Shown here in pieces: positions 48,101 to 60,700 of a stretch of 64,000 nt of DNA (position 1 is its first letter; the number at the start of each line of letters is the position of its first letter). A model generated the notes under the pieces. The model saw only the letters and a list, made by a program, of their open reading frames with translations, was not told the origin of the DNA and did not search any database. This stretch comes from Asterias rubens. Taxonomy: Eukaryota. The DNA is taken from the NCBI RefSeq assembly GCF_902459465.1, contig NC_047073.1, positions 5,890,001 through 5,954,000 on the forward strand. Reading direction: 5' to 3'. The translations under genes and the position numbers were made by a program.

Positions 48101-49650
48101 AGCTTTTAGTGACACTTGGCTTCCTCTTTTGTTGTGGTTGGGCCGTTTATAATACTGCATTAGGATTCCCATTCAAAGAGTAAAGAGTTTCCCTGCAAAG
48201 TATAATATTAGTTCCACAAGCACATGGTGACACAATTGACTCGTGCAAACACCCAAGTACAGCTGTGCAAGTTTTGTGAGCAGTCCTTGAATTTGTTAAT
48301 CCTAAAGCTTGGGATTGGAAAAGATTACTGGCCAACCATGGATTTAATTATAAAGAAGAAATCTGGGAGGGGATAAGCTGGAATGAGAATCTTTTTAAAG
48401 TCTCACTGAAATTTAACTCACAGTGTCAATACATATGCATAGCAAGACCCAGACATTTTCTATTCTGCATTCAAAGCAAAGTAACAATATTGGTGGGGAA
48501 ATAGTCTGGCCCATTTTAACAGTCAGATTTCACTATTTCAATTGCACACCAAGAACTAGACTTCGGTGGTAGCCTTAAAGTCTCAAATAAAGATCCAGAA
48601 AGAGCTATTTATAGCCATGTAACCACACCAAAGGCACAAAGTTACAAAAAGCCTGGCCCCTTTTTAGAAAAACAGGTTTATTTGTCATTATTGTATAGAA
48701 AACTGGGTGTATGACCCTCCAGTCAACACTCTTTCATGGTGCATTTTGAAGGGAAAACAACCAAGAACCAAGACAAGGCGAGCATAAAAAGCTTCTAAAT
48801 CAACAATGACCCTTTTCAAAACAGTGGCTCCAGCTTAAGGCTCAGTCAGCTTGTTTGAAGACCCTCACCACAAGTACAAACAAGTTAATGTTAGCCTCAG
48901 CCGAAGCCAAAACATAAGCCATGGAAAAGAACCAAAGTATTAGAGTAATAGCACCAGGATAAAATATGCTAATATAAATGGAGCTTGTGGTGCATCTCCT
49001 TGCAACCTTCCATCAATTTGTCGCAAAGCAGCGGGAAATTGAGGTGAAAGAGGGGAAGCTACTTTTTACTTGGATCTATTATTGGCACATTAATCAAATA
49101 AACACAGCTGTAGACTCTCTGATCACACAAGTGGAAGTTTAGCTAATCTCTTTATCTACCTCACAAGCTATGCAAGTAGGCCTACCCCCATGGACAAGTT
49201 AATGTAGCATGGTCAATACTCATGAATGATAAGAGATTCAAAATTGGGCTCTTTCCAGTGTGCACCGATGACAATCTTTGAACATGGACCCCGCTTACAA
49301 GTTACACTCAATTGACAATCAAGGATTGAGATCCAACTTTTTTATCATGACCACATATCAAAATCTTATGGTATAGACATCTGGTCTAGAATGTAGGTGT
49401 CATGTGGTTCATATGTTTCCAGTCCTTGTGGATCCCACCCCCAGCCCCTAGCTGTTTCCCAAGACAGCACTAAAATAGTCATATACACTGTTTGTCACAA
49501 TCATGTACTGGTGTATGGGGAAAACCATAGCGAAAGTACCACACACTATAATGGTTTGACCATTGTAAAACCATGGTAAAACCAACAGTCTATTCTTAAT
49601 CCATAATGCGATTATTCATTCAACTTTATGGGCAAGTTGCGAATGGGCCA

Positions 49651-49931
49651 TATTTTTGACCGCGTGAGGGCGCTCTCAATCACTTCCGGGGGTATATTCA
49701 TTCATACGCAAAACAGTTTTTAAAGATTGGAACACATTATAACCACAGACATCTAATCCATCACAGACAATAAGACTTTTAAAGGAGCCGTTATAATCCA
49801 CCTCTAAAGCAAATTGAAACTACGGCGCAACAAAAGTGACAGAACGCCTATTAATTTGTGCAGGGCGAATCGCGTGTACCCTCGGAAGTGATCAAAATAC
49901 TATTTATAGCGCCCTCGCGCGGTCAAAAATA
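49651..49931. mobile_element. MITE-like inverted-repeat element
   Basis: tatttttgaccgcgtgagggcgct..atcacttccg ... cggaagtgat..agcgccctcgcgcggtcaaaaata. Confidence 0.7.
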
Positions 49932-50630
49932 AGGGGCATTGCAATAGACCGAAAAACAACAAGATCTGAATTGAAATATCACTAAATAAGCACTTCAAAT
50001 CTCAAATGAAGACAAGTCAACAAATACATGCTGGTTAAAGGCAAGGTAAATCTTAGGTTTTGGGATATTGTCGGTTGTTGTAATCCTATGTATAGAATAA
50101 AACTAACCAGTGACAATTTCATTTCAAAAGGTGGTAGAGTTTTTGAGATATCCCCTTAAATCTAGAGCAGCTATGTCCACCCAGGAAGAATAATCTGTCA
50201 TTGAAAAACACACAAGCTGAGAAACCCTTTCATCCAGAAAGGTTTCTCAGATTGAAATGTTGTTGAAAACCCCTTTCTCTCAAACCACATTCCTTTGAAG
50301 GGAATCGTTTCTTATAATGTTTCACATTATGAAAAGCTGCAATGCTTAGTATTTTAAAAGAAAATTCATATGGTCATTAATTTTTGGAGCAATTACCAAA
50401 GGATAGCATCCCTTTAACAGAAAATCAAAACCCTATGCAAAAATCACTATCATTTAAAGGTGTCAACCACTTTCAATCGAACTACCATCGGGAAGAATCA
50501 AGCTCAACATGAAAATTCACTTTCACCAAAATCAAATCCTCCCCTTTGCATAATTAAGAAGTGTTCTATGGCAAAAGCAAACTCTGTTTACCTAGTACCC
50601 AAGCATACCTGCTAATGTATGTTCCCATAC

Positions 50631-50684
50631 CTTTAGTACATAGCCAAACAAAGCGCTTTTACTCGCAAATAAACCTAATCTCAT
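50631..50684 (-). CDS. PTBP1: Candidate alternative first coding exon (MRLGLFASKSALFGYVLK)
   Basis: ATG at 50684; AAG|GTATGG donor in phase 0; joining to the next exon rebuilds K|RGSDE exactly as in vertebrate PTBP1. Weak Kozak context. Confidence 0.3.
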
Positions 50685-53462
50685 GAATCTATACACAGTG
50701 TATAGCTACGCAGGAATCAAACCACTCTCACCTAGCAATTTATGTTAACGGAGAGAGGGCGAAAAAAATGGCAGGCGACGATGGATGGGAATAATCCAGA
50801 ACTTTTCGAAATCAGATTGTGGCGATTTAAATCCATAATTGCATTTTGACTTTCAAGAATATTTTAGCTGGGGCCAGGGTTGAATTGCATTTTTGCTGGG
50901 GATTGTTTAAAGGGACGTGTAACAGTATAATATAGAAATATCCCACAGAATTAACCAACTCATTCATTTGTTTAATATAAAACATTGTAACATAAATTCA
51001 AGCCCTTGCAAGTTGTTGATATGCTGGGTGGAATGATTGGTATCCTTGCTTCTGATTGACAAGAGCTACAAAGGCCTACCTCATAAAATATTCCATTTCA
51101 CAATATGGCAATAATCAAAGTAATAAACCACAAAAATTGGCAATAACAATGCAAGCTGTGCTAGATCCCCAATGCCAAAACAAAAATATTAATCCCACCA
51201 CCCCCAACACCAACCCCCCATAATTCTGTACCATTGTTCCTCATACAAAGCTTGGAGTTCAAGGTGAAACCCACATAACAGTGCAATTATCTGGGTGGAT
51301 GCTATGAAGGACCTTACACGCTCAATTCTGAATCAATATTCATCGCTACAGCCACATTGCTGCCGTTATTGCTTGTTAAAAGCCTCTTTTCCTAGCGGCT
51401 TCCCGAATAAAAGACCAAGGGCAGTTCTAGCAATGCCAGTCCCTTATTTAATTATTCCATATTTGACCCGCACTTCCAGACAAAACAAAATGTGAATTTT
51501 TTGTATTATTAAATATGTTGTGAGAGAGACGGGTTTACATGTGTAATTTTAAGTAGATACACAATCAATCTTCATAAAAGGTTGTCTTTTGACTACATGT
51601 ACGCAGTTCTACATGTAGATATATTGTTTCTTTGTCCCCTTGTGGCATTTGTGATCCCCAGGATTCAGAATTAATATCAATTTCAGACCTTATATTTGGC
51701 ACAATCAAACATTTATTCATAATTCAAAGCAATGTTTATAGTTTCAAAAAGCTTTACAACTTGGATGTGCAGTAATTAAAATGCGAAGTTATCCATTCGA
51801 TTCATAACCATTTTATTGTTTTAATCCTGAACAATTCAATTTAACTAACCTGTGAAAATTTCAATTCAAAAGGTGGTAGCGTTTTGGGATATGTTCTTGC
51901 AGGAAGAATAATCCATAATTGGAATACACAATCTGAGTGTCTCAGAACGACATTTAAATATGGAACCACATTCTCTAAAAGTCAAACCACATAAAAGAGA
52001 ATCATTTCTCAAAATGTTATACACTCCACAGCTGCAGTGCTTCTTACCCAGTAAGTTTTTTGGCCATTAATTTGTGAAGTACATCTCATTACCAAAAGTA
52101 TACTCCCCTTTAACCAATTTTCACTAACTGTGTCTGCCGCTTGAACAACACACAATTCAAACCGTCTGGCAAATAATTTTCCCTCCATCATATGAAGTGT
52201 TTGTCACTATTAGCTCTTGTACTACAATATTATTTCAAAGGGTGGAGGGTTTGGGTTTTCTTTCTAAAGGTGAAATTTTATGTCAACATGTCTTTGATCG
52301 CCAACCAACCATGAATTTGAAGAGAAAAAAATGTGCACTGTGGAACACAATATTAGCCCTGGGACAACATTGATGTTACCCCAGGTATACCTAATAGGGT
52401 CTTAACCTCTATCCCAAACAATACAAACATGTGAATTCATCAAGCAGTCCACTCCGATTACCCCCGGCAACAAAAAGAACCATTGAGTCTGGAGTGGTTC
52501 TTTTATTACACACGGGGAGTGTACAACGTAACCCAGGCTGGAATAGTTTCAGCGATATTTGGAAACCCAAACCCTGCCAATCTGTTGAGACGTGGCAGTC
52601 TAACAATTGCGAACAACGATAACCAAAACATCAGCCCTGGAGAAGTGAATTTTACTTTACTAAGTTCAAGAGAGAGTATGGTCAAAACATGACCCTGAGG
52701 TCAACGCTGCAAACAAGAGGAGAACTTTCAACAATATTGATTCAAAGTTACACTCAAAGTTTAATTGCTTTTTGGTGGTTTTGATACCTGATAATTTTAT
52801 TTATACCTGCACCATGGCTACAAAGCTTGGCAATTAAATTAATTCAACGCCACAACATTTTAGGACCAACAAGCAGTTGCGTGGCTTTACAAAAGTCTGT
52901 GAAGTTTTGGTTCCTTACTATTTTTAATTGAGCCAAAGAGAAAAGAATGAAGGTCTGAAGAGAGCTCTTCAATAATTAGGAGAGGGTTAAACTTTTATTT
53001 TGCGCAAATCAATAAAAGAATGTTTAAACAAAGTTGGCCGCTTTTTAATGAGTCTCAGAAGTTTCTGTTCCTTTAAATTCATAATGTAGCCAAGAAAAGA
53101 ATGAAGGTTTGAAGGGGCGCTCTTTAATAAATAGGAAAGGGGTTAACATTCTATTTTGCGCTATTCAATAAAAGTACATTTAAAAAAATAAAATAAAAAC
53201 TATAAAATGAATCAAGTTTAGCTGCCAAGTTAACGTTTTGACGACTATTTTTTTATTGATACAGTGTTACAGTTAAAGGCAGTCCTAGGGGACACAATTC
53301 ACCACTAGAAAACATCTGTGATTTCAGTTAAAGTTTTATACTGCTACAACATTACTAGCTAGCATGGTCACATGTCCAGCATCTAGCAAAAGGTCTCAGC
53401 TGAACAACCTTGAGCCTATCATAGATAAGCCGCCAGCCTGCTGTTAACCATCACATCAAGTT

Positions 53463-53835
53463 CAGGACAGAAACCCTCACAGAAAAAAAAGATGTACCAG
53501 AGAATTTAACAGCTGCTTGTAATTGACCTCCGAGGCTTCCCCTTCAGAGACAGTGAATCTACCTGGACAAAAATAAGAAACCCTGGCAAACTAAACTAAC
53601 AACTTTCTTTGCAAGAGAGATCTATTCTAAGTTACAGCCATTGATCCTACAGAACAGGACAGAAACCCTTGTAGATAAAGAGAATCCAACAGAGAACCAA
53701 ACAGCTGCTTGTCATTGACCTCCGAGGCTTCCCTTCAGTCTAGAGATAGTGAATCAACCTGGACCAAAAAAAAACCTAAACTAACAACTCTCCGCAAGAG
53801 AGATCTATTCTGAGTTACAGCCGTGGATCCTACAG
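53463..53835. repeat. Direct duplication of about 190 bp (2 copies)
   Basis: caggacagaaaccct...ttgacctccgaggcttccc...gagagatctattct.agttacagcc..gatcctacaga repeated. Confidence 0.85.
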
Positions 53836-54129
53836 ATATACTAATTCCATAATCGTTTCCACCGAGCAGCCTTCACCCCCAAATACCTCCGTGTCATCTT
53901 TTCCTCCCACATGCCATAAATGACTAACAATATTGAAATCATATGGGGATCGGGGCTCATTACAGAAAGGAAGTGGCCCTACAATTTCTGCAAATGTTAT
54001 GTCAACTATAAAGCCGAGTCCACTTATCGCCCCCAATTACTGTGGTTTATTCACAGAGTAAGAACCGGACTTGGTTGTAATAATCGAGTACCGCATGTAT
54101 GAAAGGCAAGCTGTGGCCATGATGAACAG

Positions 54130-54535
54130 GGCACCGGACTGTTGTCATAAAGTTAGCTTTTTCCTGAAGACGAGCAAAGTATATTGTTTGAAACGTCAAG
54201 ACCAAAACCTGCTCTTTTCATAGCCAACACTCCCGCAAAAGAGAATGAGGAAAATCTCAGACTGCTATCATAAAGTTAGCTTTCTCCTGAAGCCAAGCAG
54301 AGTATACCGTTTGAAACATCGAGACCAAACCGGCTCTTTTTAGAGCCAACACTCCCGCAAAAGAAAATTAGGAACATCTCTGACAGGGGCACCAGACTGT
54401 CATCTTTAAAGTTAGCTTTCTCCTGAAGCCAAGCAGAGAATACTGTTCGAAACATCAAGACCAAACCGGCTCTTTTTAGAGCCAACACTCCACCAAAAGA
54501 GATTTATTACACTGGTTGTACCCACAAGTTTACTA
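54130..54535 (+). ncRNA. Three tandem units carrying minimal type-I hammerhead ribozyme motifs (Penelope-like pLTR/retrozyme), partly degenerate
   Basis: CTGAAGA-c-GAGCAA(agtata)TTGTTT-GAAAC-GTC at 54164-54197; variant cores at 54287 and 54423. Confidence 0.6.
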
Positions 54536-55780
54536 TTATTTATGGTTTAATCTAACCCTTTTATAGTGTACACATGCAGTGACAAACTCTAAATCTTGCC
54601 ATGCTAAAAAGAGGCCATATTGATTTGCCTTTCTATGTGTCTGGTCACACTGATTTGAAATCTTCAGGGGTTGAGTGCAAACAATAATAAAATCCTGCAA
54701 ATGGTTTACCGCGAGCTCATCTTAGTCAAGCGATAAAACCTCCCTGGACATTCAAGGTGTTACAGTAATGGATTGAATCTACTAATGGGAAAGCTAGAAG
54801 CTTGGAAGATAAATCTGCCAAGAGAACATTTTAGTGAAATAAAGATCTATGAAAGAAAACTGAAATCCAGGAGAAAATACATCCTGATAAATCACAGGCA
54901 TGTTTTTTTGTTGGTTCTAGACACAAAGATGGCTGTGCCACAAAAAAAAGATCTATGGATGTTAAGTCAACAAAAACAAACCCACAAAATGTTGAATATG
55001 TCTGTTGCAAAATTTAGAATTTGATACTTTTTCATAACAACATTTGTTCAATTGCCTTGATATTGTACTTAGATCAAATTTAATGAATTAATCATCATCT
55101 GGACAGTTGGACTAATTAAAAACAAATAAATCTACTGTTTTTGTAGTTTTTGAGATTGTTCTCCGTTAAAAGTTTGGCTACTTTCACATAAAGTTACAAC
55201 TACTGTATAACAAAAAAATCTACATCGTTAGAGACATTGGTGTGTGAAAGAAACCAGTACTTTCCAAATGAAATAGACTTCCCCCACACCCTAAAAACAC
55301 AAACAAACAAACAAACTAACAAACAAACATTAACGGGAAAACAAACCTAAAACGGAGACCTAATGACTAAATCCCAATGCACAAAAAAAAAAAAAATCAA
55401 TATGTTAGCAAAACACATTCTTGTCAATATTGGTCTGTACTGGTCTGGTACCCTAAATCAATCCATTAAGATCTATATCATCATTACAACTTACGAGCAC
55501 ATATCCAGACTTAACATCTGGTAGTTTGGTAAATTATTACTTTGCATATTAACAAAAATATTGAACACAAGTGAAGAAAATGCTTCGGGCAAAGAGAAAA
55601 AATAGCAATATGGCCACATGTTCAGTTTCATGAAGATTATAAGCAGAATTAGTTTCAAATTTACCACCAAGATGGATTTAATAAGCATTTAACCGAACAA
55701 TTATCTCAATTTCTTTTTAAATAACCCAAGAATTTTGTATTGGTTGGTGCGTCAAACATTATTCCATGCAATATCCTTAC

Positions 55781-55927
55781 CAGTCCTCTCTTTCGTGTTG
55801 ACGAACTGTAGACATAATTAGCAGCAGGGTGGGAATGGGGTACCGCGACCAACGGTACCGTCCCGTAAGGTGCACCGCTTGGCGCAAGTATCATCTCACC
55901 ACCGGCGTATGGATCAACAAAGTACAT
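55781..55927 (-). CDS. PTBP1: PTB homolog, candidate first coding exon (MYFVDPYAGG...SSSTRKRGL, 49 aa)
   Basis: ATG at 55927; donor CTG|GTAAGG at 55781/55780 in phase 0, which matches the phase-0 RGSDE exon. No homology recognised for this peptide apart from a basic RKRG end. Confidence 0.6.
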
Positions 55928-56239
55928 TTGGTCGCAATACGCTCTTTCAAAGTAAACTCAATGCAGCTGGTGTTTCCCTTAATCACATGCGATACAGGGC
56001 TCTCTCTCTCTCTCTTTGATTGTACAGTTAAATACAATTCCAGCTGGATTTGGAACTCCCAAAGTGTGACCACACACAACAGACGCAATGACACAACTGG
56101 AAGAATGACTCTAGCTGGATACTTTTGTGTAGCTGCTGAAAGCAGATCCTGTTCGACCAGAGTTTTTTTCCGCCTCCTTTTATTGTGTGTGTGGGATGCT
56201 CAACACAGCAAGCCTGTCTACTGCACACCGTCAGAGCTT

Positions 56240-56245
56240 GACTGA
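56240..56245 (-). promoter_or_regulatory. Possible initiator (TCAGTC) for the 55.9 kb first exon
   Basis: Inr-like TCAKTY about 310 nt upstream of the ATG in a locally GC-richer stretch; motif match only. Confidence 0.25.
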
Positions 56246-57393
56246 AGTGAGTGAACAAACGGTACGGCGGCTGTGAGGAGTGCAGCGCTACTCGCCTGGC
56301 ATGGTTGTTTGCTCGGTAAACCGTGTCGCTATTTAGCTAGGGTCAATCCTTCAAACTCATAAAGGAATCACTCGACTAGAACCAGCTTCATCCATCAAGG
56401 GTTTTTCTTTTTTTAGCCGTTGAGCACACCAACTGACTCCAGAAAAATCATCCGAGTTGCGTAACCGATAGCTCAAGCATACAAGCCTATTATATTCCAG
56501 TTGTACTCTGCAAGCCACTCTCTCCTTCTCAGTCCTTCAGCAAACACTGAGAGTGTTTTCCCTGAAGCTACAGCCAGCCCCAGTCAAATACCCCAGCTCA
56601 GGCAGAGATTAAAGAAAAGCAACCCAGGGTCATCCATTCCACTGTGTATTACCTTTCCCTTCTCTGAGTACCATTCATTCCAGTGCAGATTTACTCAAGT
56701 AACCTTCCATTCTGAGACAGCATTTACTAAGCTTCAGCGAACTCATGATTTCTTTGCATTCATGCAGGGATTCAACAACAGATATTGGTAAAGTAGCCAC
56801 AGGGTTGCAAGGCCAAACCCAACAAAGGGAAATAATCCCAGTTTACAGACACAATAATGGCTGACAAGGACCACATGAATATTCACACATGTGGCAAATC
56901 CTTTAAAATAACAAAATCACTGTTTGGGACAGGTAAAGAAATTATCCAAAGCATGCAGAGAGTAACTAAAGGCACGCACAGCTTTTTAAAAAAGTTTTTC
57001 TTCATGCAAAAAAACAAGTGTCTACTTGCACTTTATTGGCGTTATCATTCCTTAAAGTTTGTTTTTCCAACAGGTTGTCCAAACAAATTGAACTTTTGTT
57101 ATCTCTTCAGTTTCTTACCTATGACCTTGATGTGATTTACTTATCGATAAACAATTATAATCCCTCTCATGTTACGAAACACAGCCAATTATACCTGTTC
57201 CTCTCCAGGCAAAATCACAACTGTTAATCTGAAATAGCGCCCTCTCTGGCAAGGTTTTACTGAACCAAAGACTTTCTTAAATTTTTATTGAATATCAAAT
57301 GCTACACGTGTCTGAAATTTCTGTTCAGAATTACTTTCCTTTTTTGTTTTGTGTGTACATGGTGGGAGGGGGAGGGGGTCAGGGAAAGACAGC

Positions 57394-57775
57394 TTAAAAG
57401 ACACTGGACACTATTGGTAATTGGGTCATTCCGTGTCAAATCTACCCCCAAAAAGCCAATTTTGTCAAAGACCAGTCTTCACAGTTGGTGTATCTCATCA
57501 TATGCATAAAATAACAAACCTGTGAAAATTTCAGCTCAATCGATCGTCGAAGTTGCAAAATATTAATGAAATAAAAAACACCCTTGTCGCATCATGGGCA
57601 CACGAAGTTGTGTGCTTTCAGATGCTTGATTTCGAGACCTTCTAAACTTGAGGTCTCGAAATCAAATTCATGGAAAATTACTTCTTTCTCGAAAACTACT
57701 TCACTTCAGAGGGAGTGTTTCTCACAATGTTTTATACTAACAACCTCTCCCCATTACCTGTTACACTGCCTTTAA
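57394..57775. mobile_element. TTAA-flanked MITE family copy
   Basis: ttaaaagacactggacacta ... cactgcctttaa; internal palindrome gatttcgagacct..aggtctcgaaatc. Confidence 0.85.
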
Positions 57776-60700
57776 ATCTATTAAACACAATGGTGATGTG
57801 ACAGAGTAATCAAAACCTGCATGGTTCTCCCCATGGCACTAGCTAGCATATTGGGCAGATAAGCGCAAAGTGCGTGCCAGTATGCAACAATCTTGGCAAC
57901 TACGCAAAAATTGTTTTTATTACATGTATTTAAAAAAAATTATCATCAAGATAAAACCATTAATATACCCAAGAATACACATAAAATCAAGATAAACACC
58001 AAGTGGAAAATATTCCGAAGACCTTGTTTCAACTCAGCGTCCTTCGGACAAACTAAAAAAAAATTGGTTCCTAATGTCGACAAACAGTTTCGAAAAACCC
58101 TGGGGAAACCCCTGACCTGTCTACAAACACAGCTATTCAGCACGTATATTTTGAAGTGTGACACCATTACGATTAGGCAACAACACGTGCATGAAGTTTG
58201 CTATTCATGCTCCAGATTGCACACATACAACATTTGCACATTGTAGTTTTTATCAATAGATTTAATATTAATATGCACATCATGTGACAACATGTGTGAC
58301 AACATGTAGATGTGGTTGGATATATCCCTATAGATCAGTCACACAGAACAATGGGGAAAACAAAATACTAATTTAGCCCAGGCCCAAATCAGCAATGATG
58401 AAACATGTCATCAATAACATATTTTGGCACTGAAGCGGCACTGTGAATTGCTTTTCAATATGATTAAAAGCATTCAGCCATACGATCAAAGAAGAAGGGG
58501 ACAAAACCAGGTAATTAGGAAGAAATATTGAAATCACCTGACATTGAAACGGTCAGAGGGACTAGACTTGTGCGAGTCCCCTATTGCGATGTCTGTTAAT
58601 GGTGTTTGTTATAGTTGACTTCCTCGTAAACAGAAACAGAGAGTATTATGCTCGTATCAACCAAGTTTGGGTATTTTTTACTGATTTTATTTTTACGTGA
58701 CGAGATGATGAAATGAGAGCCACTTGAAAGAATGACATTTTAAATACAATGCCAAATGCCATGCATCTTTTAGTACTTTGTTTAGACATTGCCACTAAAA
58801 CTCAGGAACCGTGACTGCAGTTAAGCCATACACAAGCTCAAAGCTGACTTCCTTGAACTTTCACAAAGGTCATTATTAGTCACGTGTTGTGTTTTAACCA
58901 ATAAAAATGTGTTATAAATAGGGCCAAATCAGATTGGAAAAGTCAACAGCGGCGCTGTTCCATTTGAAAGCGCCGATGCAGACTGAATCGCCCTCGTACA
59001 TTCATAAATAAATTAACACGTAATAAATCCTTGCCTTCAGATGCAATATTGGGGTTGCGTGATGAGATGTCTCTCAATCTATTATGCCTGAATGAGCTTA
59101 ATCACTCCCACTAGAAAGTATCACGTGAGACCGGACAGAATGGTTCCATTCCGTGACAAGAGGAAACGAAGGACATTAGTTTCTAATGTTGAATGAATTG
59201 TGAAGATCTTAAATTTAATTAGTTTGAGCTAAGCACCAAATAAGAGCTTGAACTAACTGTTGGCCATTGAGAATGTAATGTTGTGAAAAAGTATCATTTT
59301 AAGCCTCAAATCCGGGCTCAAAATTAAAAATGGACCGCAGGCCTGACGTCAGTGTTTTTGTGGTGGGTCAGTAAACTTAGGACCGGACAAGTCCGGTGGT
59401 CTTGTGTTTTTGAATAATTATCTTAATCAAATATGACTACAGCAATTTATTAACCCCTATTCTCTACCCACAACATTATCATCTTCCACCCTCCACCTTC
59501 CAGAATGAATACCCGCCCCATTAACCATCAATGCCTACCAACTCACACCCCTCAAAATGCCCTGCCCACATCATTTGAATACCCTCTGAAACGAGGCGCG
59601 TTTTCGCTTCAGGAAAAATTGGTGGACTAATCTTCAGGAACAGCCCCCTCAAGTGGTCATGATGATACCCTAACACCATTCTCTCCAGGATCCAACCCAG
59701 TAACATTAAACAATGTCAACCCTGTTTAACCCCTACCCTGCCCATTATCTCAATACCAACAACAGTGCTCTCAAAATGCCCCACCCACATCATTTGAATA
59801 CCTCTGAAACAAGTCGTGCTTCCACTTTCAGATAACCCTCACTCTGCATCTTCAGTAATACTCAAGCTCATCTCACTAAACCGACAGTACGTTTTGATGA
59901 AGCCTTCACTAAATACACCTAAGAGCAAATTGGTCCAGACATAAAATTACTCGCAAATTGATAATTTTCCCACGGGCGGGCGGACGGCAGAAGTTATATG
60001 GCCTTGCTGTTTACAAATTGAACGTGAGTGCTTGTGGAAACAGTGCCGTTTGGAGACTGATATTTGAAAGTGCGTTTACCTTCAACAGAGAGTCAGATGC
60101 ATTGGGGGGGGGGGGGGGGGGGAGACCTTGTGGTGGCCGAGTCTATACTTTTAATTGATGAGCCTCAATGCATGATTTGATTGGAAATTGGGGGGGGGGG
60201 GGGAATATAGCGGCACGTTAAGAGCATTATCTATGTCTACCCACCTACAAGTAAGTAAAATCTAATAGCAAAGCCACCAGACTTCCAGGGACTGTGCCTT
60301 TGAAGAATGGCGACAGTGAGTCAGGAATCTGGGATCAGACTAAGCAGAGCGAGGGCGCTCTTCAACTTTACAAGGGCATGCATGTAGTTATAATAAAAAT
60401 GGGTATATGATTGTTTGGGGTTTGCTTTTAAATGGTAAAAGATACCAAAGAATTGAGTGCACGCTAATTTCTCATCTCAACTCATCTGCATAGACCATTG
60501 CCCCCCCCCCCAAAAAAAAAAAAAAAAAAACATTTATAATGAATCTGGGTTAAAACCTTTAGCTTTTCAATTACAGGCAGGGTCTCGAGTGATGGATAAA
60601 CACTGTTTACTTACTTAATTCCCATGTTTTTCTGCCATACCCTGTTTATTTCTTTGGCTGAATGTATGTTAGGCTTACGCGAACCTCTGCGCAAAGCTGT

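Noticed and set aside
60070-60110. AAG|GTAAAC donor giving ASDSLLK|RGSDE
   Set aside because: No ATG or credible acceptor upstream; embedded in a poly-C run
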